A DNA stretch of 64,000 nt from Octopus vulgaris (Eukaryota). This document shows positions 28,140 to 40,258 of this stretch, piece after piece. The stretch covers positions 115,010,001-115,074,000 of the forward strand of contig OX597820.1 in assembly GCA_951406725.2 (NCBI GenBank), written 5' to 3'. A model generated the notes under the pieces. The model did not search any database. It had not been told where the DNA came from and saw only the letters and a program-made list of their open reading frames with translations. Each line of letters starts with the position of its first letter. The first letter of the stretch is position 1. The translations under genes and the position numbers were made by a program.

Positions 28140-28381
28140 GCTGGGCGTAAGTCCATTAATCGTTAATTAACAAAGTTTGACATTTTTGTTAATGATTTAA
28201 CTTTTAAGTTAACTTTGAAAATCATCATCGGACTTACTAAGTTCCGTTATATTTAGCATCCACTAACTCAAGTCCATTAACCCAAAAATTTCATAAAAAA
28301 CAGTAAACGTTTAAAAGTTTCTATTGTTTTCAGATTGTCTTAGCATATTTAATATTGTATGCATAATTTTTTCAACTCTGA

Positions 28382-28665
28382 TGTAACGCCACTTATTATT
28401 ATAAGTAACTTGTTTAGCCTTGCCTGGATTTGAAACCAAATCCACCCGTTGGTTGCTTGCAAAGACATTGGGAAATTTTGTTTGTCCTGTGAAGAAGGAA
28501 CAGTGATTGATGTGATTCCACTTGATCTGTGACCTCGCTGAGGTGGATGTCAACAGAGAAAATACTGACTTCCATAAAGTAGAAAAAATAAATGGAAGGA
28601 AAAAAGTTGGTAAATATTTCGGTGTGAATGCAAATATTTCAGTGTGAATGCAAAAAGCTGTTACA
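28382..28665. mobile_element. Candidate solo LTR
   Basis: TGTAAC...GTTACA termini. Shares GAAACCAAATCCAC...GTTGCTTG with the LTR at 42802. No TSD seen. Confidence 0.4.
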
Positions 28666-29307
28666 TGGTAGCAGGGCATGCTAGAAATACCAGTCAAATT
28701 TTTCCTTTTCTGGAAAAGGGAGCTGTTTACACGCAATTTCAATGTCACGTTCGTTGAAAGCATGCAAAATAACCTGTGAAAGAAAGACCCACGAAGCAAA
28801 ACTCCCTCAGTGAGAAACTTTGGAAAAATTGGCTAGTGGTAAGTTTTGAGGTCAGATATGTTGAATGCACCCAAAAAAAAAAACTATGGAAAGAAATTAT
28901 TCCACTCTGAGGTACAAAATATTTACCGAAAGAATAAAACTCTGATTATACCTGTACTTTAATCAATTCAAATTAATGTACATCATCTTGAAAAGTGGCA
29001 AAATTTTTGACAGTTGCCATCTGGGATAATTTTAGTAACAAATCAAACAGGTGAGATGCATTAAGAATTTGAATTTTAGTGTTTATCCACAATGTTATTG
29101 CTTTTACACCTGTTAATTAAATTTACCTGCCCATAAAAATTAGATTTATTCAGCAAGATCAGATAAAATTACATAACTATAATCCATTGGCACCCACTGA
29201 CAAAATTTCAAATCTGTATGTAAAAAATTAACAAAGTTACAAGCAAATACTGTGGACATCCTTCTTGAACCTGAATGATTCAAAATAACATGAACAAATA
29301 AGCATTA

Positions 29308-29780
29308 CATTTGACAGATTTATCTGAACACATTTGACAGATTTATCTGAACACATTTGACAGATTTATCTGAACACATTTGACAGATTTATCTGAACAC
29401 ATTTGACAGATTTATCTGAACACATTTGACAGATTTATCTGAACACATTTGACAGATTTATCTGAACACATTTGACAGATTTATCTGAACACATTTGACA
29501 GATTTATCTGAACACATTTGACAGATTTATCTGAACACATTTGACAGATTTATCTGAACACATTTGACAGATTTATCTGAACACATTTGACAGATTTATC
29601 TGAACACATTTGACAGATTTATCTGAACACATTTGACAGATTTATCTGAACACATTTGATAGATTTATCTGAACACATTTGACAGATTTATCTGAACACA
29701 TTTGACAGATTTATCTGAACACATTTGACAGATTTATCTGAACACATTTGACAGATTTATCTGAACACATTTGACAGATT
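29308..29780. repeat. 23-bp minisatellite CATTTGACAGATTTATCTGAACA, about 20.5 copies
   Basis: Near-perfect head-to-tail array with no spacers. One variant unit (GATAG) near 29658. Confidence 0.97.
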
Positions 29781-29781
29781 A

Positions 29782-32700
29782 ATCATCATCATCATCATTT
29801 AACGTCTGCTTTCCATGCTAGTATGGGTTGGACGATTTCTACAGCTGGATGCCCTTCCTACCGTCAACCACCCCAAGAGTGTAGTGGGTGCTTTTATGTG
29901 CCACTGGCATGAGGGCCAGTCAAGCGGTACTGGCAGCGGCCATACTCAAATGGTGCTTTTTACGTGCCACCTGCACAGGAGCCAGTCCAGCGGCACTGGC
30001 AACGACCTTGCTCAAATGTTTTTTCATGTGCCACCAGCACAAGTACCAGTAAGGTGACGCAGGTAATGATCACGCTCGAATGGTGCTTTTTACGTGCCAT
30101 CGGTACGGAGGCCAGCTTGTTGCTCTGGCAACTATCACGCTCGTATGGTACTCTTAGCGTTCCACTAGCACGGATGCCAGTCATCGAATTTGATTTCGAT
30201 TTCACTTACCTCAACAGGTCTTCGCAAGCAGAGTTTAGTGTCCAATGAAGGAAAGGTATGCATAAGTGGGCTGGTTACACTCCTGGCATAGGCCACAAGG
30301 TTATGGTCTCACTTGCCGAGTCTTCTCAAGCACAGCATATCTCCAAAGGTCCCAGTCACTAGTCATTGCCTTGGTGAGGCCCAAACGTTCGAAGGTCAGG
30401 CTTCACCACCTCATCCCAGGTCTTCCTGTTCCACAGGTTCCCTCAATCGCTAGGGTGTGGCACTTTCTCACACAGCTATCCACATCCATTCTTGCCACAT
30501 GGCCATACCAGCGTAGACGTCTCTCTTGCACACCACATCTGATGCTTCTTAGGTCCAACTTTTCTCTCAATATACTTACACTCTATCGAGTATACACACT
30601 GACATTACACATCCATCGGAGCATACTGGCTTCATTCCTTGCGAGCATACGCATGTCCTCAGCAGTCACGGCCCATGTTTCACTGCCATGTAGCATGGCT
30701 GTTCATACACATATGTCATACAGTCCAAGTTTTACTCTGAGCGAGAGGCCTTTTGTCACCAGCAGAGGTAAGAGCTCTCTGAACTTTGCCCAGGCTATTC
30801 TTATTCCAGCAGTTACACTTTCAGCACACCCGCTCACACTACTGATTTGGTCACCTAGGTAACGGAAGCTATCAACTACTTCTAGGTTTTCTCCATGGAA
30901 TGTGGCGGAAGTTGTTCTCTGCACATTTTCAGTGTTTGTTGCTCCTGAGCATCTGCCACATACAAAAACTATCTTCCCATTTAGCCTTCCTTTGATATTG
31001 CTGCACCTCTTATGTGTCCATAGATTTATCTGAACACATTTGACAGATTTATCTTATAGATGTACACTAGGTACATCTTATAGAGTTTCTACCAATGCCT
31101 TTTCTATAGATCAAGCAGGGCAATCTACTTGAAGGGATTTGTGGTTTGCCTGCCTTCCTACTTATTAGGACTTTGGTTTTAGCTAGGTTGAATCTAAAGC
31201 CCTTCAATTCTAATCCTTGTTTCCACACCTGAAACTTCTCCTCTAGTTCTGATAGTGACTCAGCAATTAGAGTAAGGTCGTTAGCATAGAGGAGCTCCCA
31301 GGGGCATCCTGTCTTGAATTCCTCCGTAATTGCCTGGAGGACTATGATAAATAAGAGGGGGCTGACGACTGATCCTTGGTGGACCCCTACCTCTACCTTG
31401 AATTCTTCACTGTACTCGTTGCCAACTCTTACCTTACAGCATCCCTGTACATGGCTTGCACAGCTCTCACTAACCATTCATCTATCCCTTGTTTCTTCAT
31501 TGACAACCAGATAAGGAATCGGGGGACCCTGTCAAAGGCTTTTTCCATGTCAACGAAAGCCAGGTACAGGGGCTTATCTTTGGCTAGGTATTTCTCCTGC
31601 AGCTGTCTTACCAGAAATATAGCATCAATGGTGCTTTTCCCTGGATCGAAACCAAACTGCATCTCATCTAAACTGACTCTCTCCCTAATTAGTTGGGCTA
31701 TGACCCTCTCCGTGACCTTCATTACCTGATCCAACAGCTTGATAACTCTGTAATTATTTGTATCTAAAGCATCACCTTTACCTTTGTAGCAGTTGACTAT
31801 TATGCTGCTACACCAGTCACTAGGTATGACTCCTGTGTATCACCTGGTTAACTATACGGGTGACTAGGCTATAGCCGACACTGCCAGATATTTTGAGCAT
31901 CTCTGCAGTAATTCCTGATGGGCCAGGGGCTTTCCCTGTCTTCATACTTTTAATTGCTTTATCTACCAAGGTACTGTCAACTCAGATAGCTTGGTTCCTC
32001 TGTTGGGTTGACATTCGGCAGACTCTCTCCCATTCATTTTCTTGATTCGGCAACCTTCCATAGTGGCGTCTCCAAACCTCTCTCTTTGCAGCATCCATGT
32101 GAACACATTTCTCTCCTACAACATCATGATTCTCTCTCACACACTGTCTTGCAACACGAAATATCTCAAGTCTTTGGTCCTCTCGGTGCAGAACATTGGC
32201 AAACTTTTTTCTTATCTGCTTCCCCTCTGGCTAAATAAACCTGTCTCCTAGCTTCCCTTCAAGCAATCTGATGCAGTTCCCTGCTACCACCGTTCTTCCA
32301 GTCCTTCCTAGCCTGTTTCTTTTCTCTAATCGCCCTGTCTACAACATTGTTCCACCACCATGTTATTTTGGGCCAAGAAGGGACTTTGCACCATCCACAG
32401 ATCTGGTCAGTGGCTCTCAGCAGGTTGTCCCATAGAAACCTCCAGTTGTCTTCTACACCGTGTGAAGCTATATCCCCTTCTATTTTGTCAAAGGCTTCGA
32501 GTAATATGTCTCTAAAATCTCTGTCCATTTGCAAGATCTTTAAGCTTCCAGACCCTTCTCCTCCACGCTGGGCGTCCACTTAGCTCTGATCCTAAAGTCA
32601 CTAACAACCAGTCTATGTTGTGGAGTACATTCTTCATCTGGGAAGGTTTTGGCATTTATAAGCAGCCATCATTCCCTTTTTCTGGCGAGGATGTAGTCAA

Positions 32701-33030
32701 TTTGGTTAGTGTGTCTGCCAGATCGGTAGGTGACTAGGTGACTGGCAGGTGTCCTGAAGTTAGTGTTGCAAACCATAAGATCATTTGCATCGCAGAACTC
32801 CAGCCTGGATCCCTCCTCGTTGCAGGAACCATAACCGTAGCCTTCATGTACGCCATGGAAGCCCCCTGTATGTTGTCCAACATGTCCATTGAAGTCACCA
32901 GACACAAAGAGAAGGTCCCTGTCATTCGTCAACGAGGTAGTCTGCAAGAAGGTGTCATAGAGTCAGTCTTTCTGTCCATCAGGTAGCCCCGGCTGAGGAG
33001 CATAGGCCGATATAATGGTTGCTAACCCAT
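29782..33030 (-). mobile_element. RTE-clade LINE, 5'-truncated and frameshifted (AP endonuclease + RT)
   Basis: GDFNGHVG, QIDYIL, QFGF, FVDMEKAFDRVP, GVHQGS, LLYANDL and FRYLGD motifs. (GAT)n tail. Confidence 0.93.
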
Positions 33031-33810
33031 TAATATGAACACTTAAGATGTTTTTAGGTGTTTTTTTCTCTTACACACACATAACACCGCCTTACTTGGT
33101 TGGGACTACACATCATTCCATAAAATTTGTTTATGGGGAGAAAAATATTGAGTGAGAAATGAAGAGAGAGGTTTGGGGATGTGCTAGAAACAACAGCCAG
33201 ATTTCCCTTAAATCACACATTTTCCTCTGAAATTATTAACCCATTTTTTTAAAACTGAAAATGTTTCTCTCACGGGTTTTAAGTGTATAAAAATAGCCAA
33301 AATTGTTTCAGACTGGGGTGGTGAGGGGGTGGCAGATACCTCCCATCATTCTGAAGGCTTTGATTTAAAAACATTGGGAAAAAACCCAGTCAAAACTGAG
33401 AAATTCCAACTTATATGGGCCATCTGATCCAAAACTCTATTTTACAGAACTCCCACCACCACCATCTTCTAAAACTTTTGCCTACAAATTTCTTTGTAAT
33501 CATAATCTATACTGTTTGAAAGGTATTTGTATAAAATTTCATTAAAAAATACCTATTTTCCAGAAAGTTATGAGGGGGAAAATGTCAGGTCCTGTGAATT
33601 TTCCAAAACAGGATATAAACAATTATTTGGTGAAAGTTTCATTAAAAAGTATCCATTTTTCAGGAAGTTATGAGGTTGCCTTTTTCAATAAAAATTAATG
33701 TTAACTTCTATTACATTTTCAAAGAATTAACGGAGATAACTTTTCAATTAACAGTGCCCAATTGTGTGTGTGTATGTATGTATGTATGTGTGTGTGTATA
33801 TATATATATA

Positions 33811-34140
33811 TATTATATTAAATTAGAGATAAAACCACTATTAGGCAAATCAAAATAATATATAAATATAAAAATATACATACATACATATATATATATA
33901 TTTGTATATATATATAAAATTTATAAGTTTAAATTATTTAAATAATTTTTTTATTTTTAACTTTTATATTTTTAAATTAATTTTATGTATTGGCTTATGT
34001 TTTTCATTGTTTGATTTGCCTAATAGTGGTTTTATCTCTAATTTAATATAATATAATATAATATATTTATACTATAAAATTGGATTTAATCCTAAATCTC
34101 ATTTTTCCCTGTAAGTTTGGATTTATTCCCTAATATTATT
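33811..34140. mobile_element. (TA)n-embedded fragment with a ~43-bp inverted repeat, probable Penelope-like terminus
   Basis: Arms at about 33811-33853 and 34010-34052. Confidence 0.45.
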
Positions 34141-34142
34141 AT

Positions 34143-34179
<37 letters not shown>

Positions 34180-34181
34180 TA

Positions 34182-34334
34182 TCATCATCATCGTTTAATG
34201 TCCGCTTTCCATGCTAGCATGGGTTGGACAGTTCAACTGGGGTCTGGCAAGCCCGAAGGCTGCACCAGGCCAGTCAGATCTGGCAGTGTTTCTACAGCTG
34301 GATGCCCTTCCTAACGCCAACCACTCCGAGGTAG

Positions 34335-34386
<52 letters not shown>

Positions 34387-34387
34387 G

Positions 34388-34433
<46 letters not shown>

Positions 34434-34940
34434 GCCAAAGTAGATAGTGGAGCATATTGTAGTCTTTAGACTGTCAATTCCTGTCAAACCATCCAACTCA
34501 TGTCAGCATGAAACATAGACATTAATTTAACTCGTCGTATATTCACCTCCCTCACTATCATTTAACTTGTCCTGGATACATACACTATCATCATCATCAT
34601 CATCATTGTTTAACATCCGTTTTCCATGCTAGCATGGGTTGGACAGTTCAACTGGGGTCTGGGAAGCCAGGAGGCTGCACCAGGCTCCAGTCTGATCTGG
34701 CAGTGTTTCTACAGCTGGATGCCCTTCCTAACACCAACCACTCTGTGAGTGTAGTGGGTGCTTTTTACGTGCCAGGCGAGGATGGCAATGGCCACGATCG
34801 GTCGGTGCTTTTTACGTGCCACTGGCACAGAGCCAGTCAAGGTGGTGCTGGCATCAACCATGTACGGATGGTGCTTTTTATGTGCCACCAGCACAGGTGC
34901 CAGGGGAGGCTGGCAACGGCCACGATCGGTTGGTGGTTTT
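34182..34940 (-). mobile_element. Two RTE LINE 3' fragments (34182-34330, 34588-34940)
   Basis: Shared 3' terminus and (GAT)n tails. Confidence 0.8.
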
Positions 34941-35140
34941 AAAACCTTCACCTGTACTTAATGTTGAGAAACATTAATGGCATCAGTTTCACCAGTCAAA
35001 GAATATCTCATTACAAACGTAAACCTTTCTCCAGACTCAGCAAAGTAAAGAAATATTATGGATTAAGGGACTCATCTGAAACAAACGCAGAAAAGCAGAG
35101 AAACTCATAACAAACGCAAAGCGAGAAACCTGCTACTAAC

Positions 35141-35909
35141 CTGCTGAACTGTACAGCATCAACAGCAACAATATCCAGTTGTGGGAATGCTCTTCCTAAT
35201 GTGTTGTAGCTTGGAGAAGCTTGTGCACTAAAATGACACCACGGAGCGTAGAAGAACACAAGAATACAGTCTGAACCAGTAGCATTATTCTCAAAAGTTA
35301 ATTTCTGTAACAAAGTGGTGCCATTCACCATCTGTACGCTTCCAGTTGTATTCTCTGTGATGTTTTTACCTGTACAGTGGAAGCGTGGTTTTTTACTAAT
35401 AGTCTCATTTTTATCTTGGTCTGCAGCCGAGATCTCCCCCATTGCACTACTGTTAGAGCTGGTATTTGTAGTGGGCTCAGCACTTGCATCAACTGGTGCT
35501 GTCGTGCCACTATCTGTTGTTCCGTTTGTTGTTGATGAGTCAGCTACAACAGGAACTCCTTCCTCAGCAGTATTTGTTTCCTCTGCTTTGATGTAAAGCT
35601 CTATTTCCTTTTGAAGATCTGAGATGAAGGCCCAGAAAGAATACTGCACAGATTCTGGAATTAACAAAGAAACCCATTCCTGCCAAGGTTCTTTCTCTTG
35701 ACCAACTTGTGTTGTTTCTTCGGGTGTCTTCTGTGTAGCATCAGTAGCTGAGGATTCAGTCTCCCCATCAAGTGGTTTAACTACAGTCTCTGGAGATATA
35801 GAATCTTTGGTAGCAGAGTCAGTTGGTGGGTTTTGTCCAGAATTTGGATTTTCTTCCTTAGAATTTTGCTGAGTATTTTCCCTGACATCGGATGCCTGCA
35901 GGGATGTAA
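35141..35909 (-). CDS. TXNDC15: TXNDC15-like, coding exon 2 (S/T/E-rich luminal region plus thioredoxin N-half, FYAPWCHFS CxxS motif)
   Basis: Inside ORF 35056-35940. Acceptor ttttctcttttag|TT, donor AG|GTTAG. 769 nt, phase 1 to phase 2. FFYAPWCHFS...YNTLGRAFPQLDIVAVDA resembles TXNDC15. Confidence 0.9.
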
Positions 35910-36974
35910 CTAAAAGAGAAAAAAGATATTTCCATATCAATATATTTCATAGAAATGTGAAAGTGAAAAAAAAAATAAGAGAGTTTCAGACTAAATGTAG
36001 TATTGAGTTTCAAATCCTAACCATGTCTTTTTTCTTTTTTATCTTTTATTGACCATGGGTCAATAACATAAGAATCAATACTGTTATATAATAATCTAAA
36101 TCAATCAATTACATCTGTCTTATTGGTACACTTTTTATATTATTAACTCCAGGGGGGATGAAAACCACAGATATGATTTGAACTAAGGACAATGAAATTT
36201 ATAACTAGATACAACAAAATAAATAGTGCAATATTTTAGTGTCCCAGACAGTTTTCCTACTTTAGAAAAAAAAAACCCCAATCAAAATCCATCATAAGGA
36301 CTTAGAGAAAAAAATTGTCAAATTAAGTTTCACGTATCACAAAAATGTTATGCACTTTAGTTTCAAGCATCCAGCTCTGCTTCGTTGTATGTTCACTTTT
36401 CATGCTTGCACACGTTGGATGGTTCTACTCATTCATACGTTCGATTTTTGGTATGGTTTCTACACCCTTCCTAACACCAACCACTTTACAATATTGGGTG
36501 AATATTTTTCATGGCAAAAGTACTAGAGAGGTTGTCATGTCTTTGAAAAGGCTAAAGGGAACTTCTACACACCACATTTAACAAGACGCACCAGTATTAG
36601 AGAGGATAGGAGTGACAGTATGATAGATAGCAACAGGTAGATAAACGAACATATTTTTAAAATACAGTTGCTAACTTAAAGAAAATATTTAAGTCTCTTA
36701 GATTCTGAGTATTATTGTACCTAATATAATTCAGCTCTAAACTCAATTGAGAAGTCGACAACCTTAATCCATGATCCAACAAATAAACTGCATTCATGCA
36801 ACTATAAGAAAGGAATCACCATTTTCATCATTTTAATGTTCCTTTTTCCATGCTTGCATGAGTGAGACTGAGTTTAATGAAGCAGATGCCCTTCATGTTG
36901 CTAACCCTCACCTCACGATGCTAACCTGCCAAGCAAGGTAATATTTCCTGATAGTCAGAATATATATATATATA

Positions 36975-37290
36975 TCAAATGAAAATATATAAAGCTTGAA
37001 ACACGTGTACCACAACATCCTTTGTGTTCTGTTTTTGATTTCATTTGATGCATATACCCTCTCACCTCTGCTACTAGCTGGCATATACAGGTACTTACAC
37101 TTATCAAGTATTCACCCTAAATTTATTATATATATATAGGGAGAGTTTATGAAAAAAACAAAAGATGAAGACAGGTGGTGTACAAAACAAACAGATGTAT
37201 TAGTATAACACTCAGGAATAGAAAAACTCTTTTACGTTTCGAGCCTACACTCTTCTACAGAAAGGGACACAGAAAAAACAAGGAGAAAGG
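36975..37290. mobile_element. Two Penelope-like terminal fragments in (TA)n
   Basis: GAAACACGTGTA at 36998-37009 (+). Minus-strand copy of the 2040-2220 sequence. Confidence 0.6.
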
Positions 37291-37403
37291 AAAGACCAGA
37301 AAATACAGGAAAGTTTAGAAACTATAAAAATAAAGTAATGATAATAATAACAGTTTTATGTAAAGTTCCAAGGCTTTTTGATGTCGTGGTGTATTGCAAG
37401 GTT

Positions 37404-37772
37404 ATCATCATCATCATCATCATCATTTAGCGTCCGTTTTCCATGCTAGCATGGGTTGGACGGTTCAACTGGGGTCTGGGGAGCCCGAAGGCTGCACCAG
37501 GCCAGTCAGATCTGGCAGTGTTTCTACAACTGGATGCCCTTCCTAACGCCAACCACTCCGAGAGTGTAGTGGGTGATTTTATGTGCCACCGACACAGGTG
37601 CCAGACGAGGCTGGCGAACGGCCACGCTCGGATGGTGTTTTTATGTGCCACCGACACAGGTGCCAGACGAGGCTGGCAGACGGCCACGCTCGGATGGTGT
37701 TTTTATGTGCCACCGACACAGGTGCCAGATGAGGCTGGCGGACGGCCACGATCGGATGGTGTTTGTTACGTC
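37404..37772 (-). mobile_element. RTE LINE 3' fragment with three 62-bp tandem units
   Basis: Units start at 37581, 37643 and 37705. Confidence 0.85.
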
Positions 37773-38328
37773 CCCAAAGCACGGAATATATATATATATA
37801 TATATATATACGCACAAACACACACAAACAATAAATCTCTTCCAACAATCAAATCCACTCACAAGTAGCAGACACCTAGTGAAGGTACCACACAATGGCA
37901 CTAAATTTGAAAGGAGACAAACATCACATACGTTTATGTTAGAAGAAAATTAAATGGGTCATTACATATGTTACTTGAAGGACTTCTTGACCAACTTCAT
38001 TATGAATGCATGTAATTTGGAAGACATGTACAGAAGAGAAGGGAACGAAGAGTCTATCACTCACAGATTGTTGCAAATTGCTACTTCAGTTCTGTAAGTA
38101 ACTACAAGTGAACCTCTTGAAATTGTGTTCAGTGAGGTAGAACAAATTATTACGGGTAAAATACTGTAATTTTTTGGACTCTCTAGGTGCAAGTAGGGTT
38201 GTGTGGGTAGAAAAGAAGTTTGCTTCCCAACCACATGGTTTCGGGGTGAGTCCCATTGCGAGGTACTTTGGACAATGTCAAACTCTATAACACTGAGCTT
38301 GCTAAATCTTTGCCCTTGTGAGTGGACT

Positions 38329-38596
38329 TCATCATCATCATCATTTAACGTCCGCCTTCCATGCTAGCATGGGTTGGACGATTTGACTGAGGTCTGGTGA
38401 ACCAGACTCCAATCTGATCTGGCAGAGTTTCTACAGCTGGATGCCCTTCCTAACGCCAACTACTCCGAGAGTGTAGTGGGTGCTTTTACATGTCACCGGC
38501 ACGAGGGCCAGTTTGGTGGTATTGGCAACGGCCACGCCCAAATGGTGCTTTTTATGTGCCACCTGCACAGGAGCCAGTCCAGCGGCACTGGCGACT
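38329..38596 (-). mobile_element. RTE LINE 3' fragment inserted in a family A SINE head
   Basis: SINE sequence resumes after the insert. Confidence 0.7.
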
Positions 38597-39039
38597 TGGT
38601 GGACAGAAACTAAAAGAAACAAACCAGTTATATATATATAAATATAAAGTAAGATGAGGATTCCAACAGAATCAGGAACTTGAAAAGGTATGCACCAGGT
38701 AGGGTTGGGTAATGTCTGTGGTTCTGAGCTATGGTTGGTGAGAGTCAAAATATGAGATAGGATAATTCGGTTGTGTACACAGAGAAAACCAACCCTATGA
38801 GTATTTGGCGCCTAAGGGAGCTAGTCCAAATTACGCATTACTTTGAGTAGTACGTCCAACAAGTCATAAATTCTCTTGGTGTATTATAATAAATGAATAA
38901 TAACATACAATGGATAATTGTCAGCTCGTTACAGCTGTTTGTTATGTAAATTTTTAATAGAAGAATGAGAAGATTGCGTCATTAAGAAAGACTTTTAATC
39001 ATCAGATGAGAAGTAATTCTACAAGACAAAAATTGTTGA

Positions 39040-39780
39040 ACCACCATCTGTGAGTTACCAAAGGATATGCAGATTAGTTATGGTCCAGTTCAGTCCATTA
39101 TCATTGAAGATTTGGGAAGGTGTATCTGCCAAGTTTGTGCCAAAACTGCCATGAAGACACTCAGGTTGCAGTTGCACAAGATCTCCTTGATTGTGTAGAG
39201 AAAAACTTTTTCAAAATGGTCATAACAGGTGATGAATTGTGGGTCTATGGCTATGACCCTGAAACACAGGCTCAGTTTTTGCAGTGGAAGACCCCCAACC
39301 TTTCATGAGTCACAGCAATGTGAACACACTTAACTTCTTTAACAATAAGGGGATTGTTCATCATGAATATGCTCCACCTAGTCAGACAGTAAACAAGGAG
39401 TACCATCGTGACGTTTTGCAGCATTTGCGGAATGCCATAATTGCATACTTCCAGTGAGCGGCAACTGCACTCTGACAACAAACCTGCCCATTCAGTGCAG
39501 CTTGTGCAGCAGTTTTTGGCTAGGCACAGCACTGCCCAGGTCCGACAGCAACCATATTCCCAGATCTCACCCCTTGCAACTTTTTCCTCTTTCCAAAAAT
39601 CAAATCCCACTTGAAAGGAAGAAGATTTCAGGATGTCAAAGAAATCAAAGTGAATATGATAAGGCAGCTGCTGGTTATCCCAGAAAATGAACTCCAGGAA
39701 TGCTTCCATCAATGGAAACAGCACTGGATTAAGTGTGTGGCTTCCAAAGGGGACTACTTTGAAGGAAGCACCAGTCCAGA
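39040..39780 (+). mobile_element. Degenerate mariner transposase
   Basis: ITGDELWVYGYDPET, PYSPDL-like and KGRRF motifs, with frameshifts. Confidence 0.85.
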
Positions 39781-39799
39781 TACTTATTGATCAGACCCC

Positions 39800-39840
<41 letters not shown>

Positions 39841-39845
<5 letters not shown>

Positions 39846-40239
39846 CTTTATTGCCCACAAGGGGCTAAACATAGAGGGAACAAACGGATTAAGTCGATTA
39901 CATCAACCCCAGTGCGAAACTGGTACTTTATTTATCGACCCCAAAAGGATGAAAGGCAAAGTCGACCTCGGAGGAATTTTAACTCAGAATGTACAACAGA
40001 CGAAATACCTATTTCTTTACTACCCACAAGGGGCTAAATACAGAAGGGACAAACAAGGACAGACACACGGATTAAGTCGATTGTATCAACCCCAGTTCGT
40101 AACTGGTACTTTATTTATCGACCCCGAAAGGATGAAAGGCAAAGTCGACCTCGGTGGAATTTGAACTCAGAACGTAACGACAGACGAAATACCACTAAGC
40201 ATTTCGTCCGGCGCACTAACATGTCTGCCAGCTCGCCTT
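39841..40239 (-). mobile_element. Family C SINE with tandem duplication of body and tail
   Basis: One head and two body-tail units joined near 40005. Confidence 0.8.
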
Positions 40240-40258
40240 ATATATATATATATATATA

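Noticed and set aside
29308-29780. CRISPR array
   Set aside because: Units are contiguous with no unique spacers, there are no cas genes, and the context is eukaryotic.
30266-30862. 198-aa plus-strand ORF as a novel gene
   Set aside because: It is the antisense frame of the RTE LINE.
35910-35940. ORF-track start MIWKYLFSLL as the protein N-terminus
   Set aside because: This is intronic polypyrimidine tract. The likely start is the exon at 41940. The ORF tail 35056-35140 is also intron.
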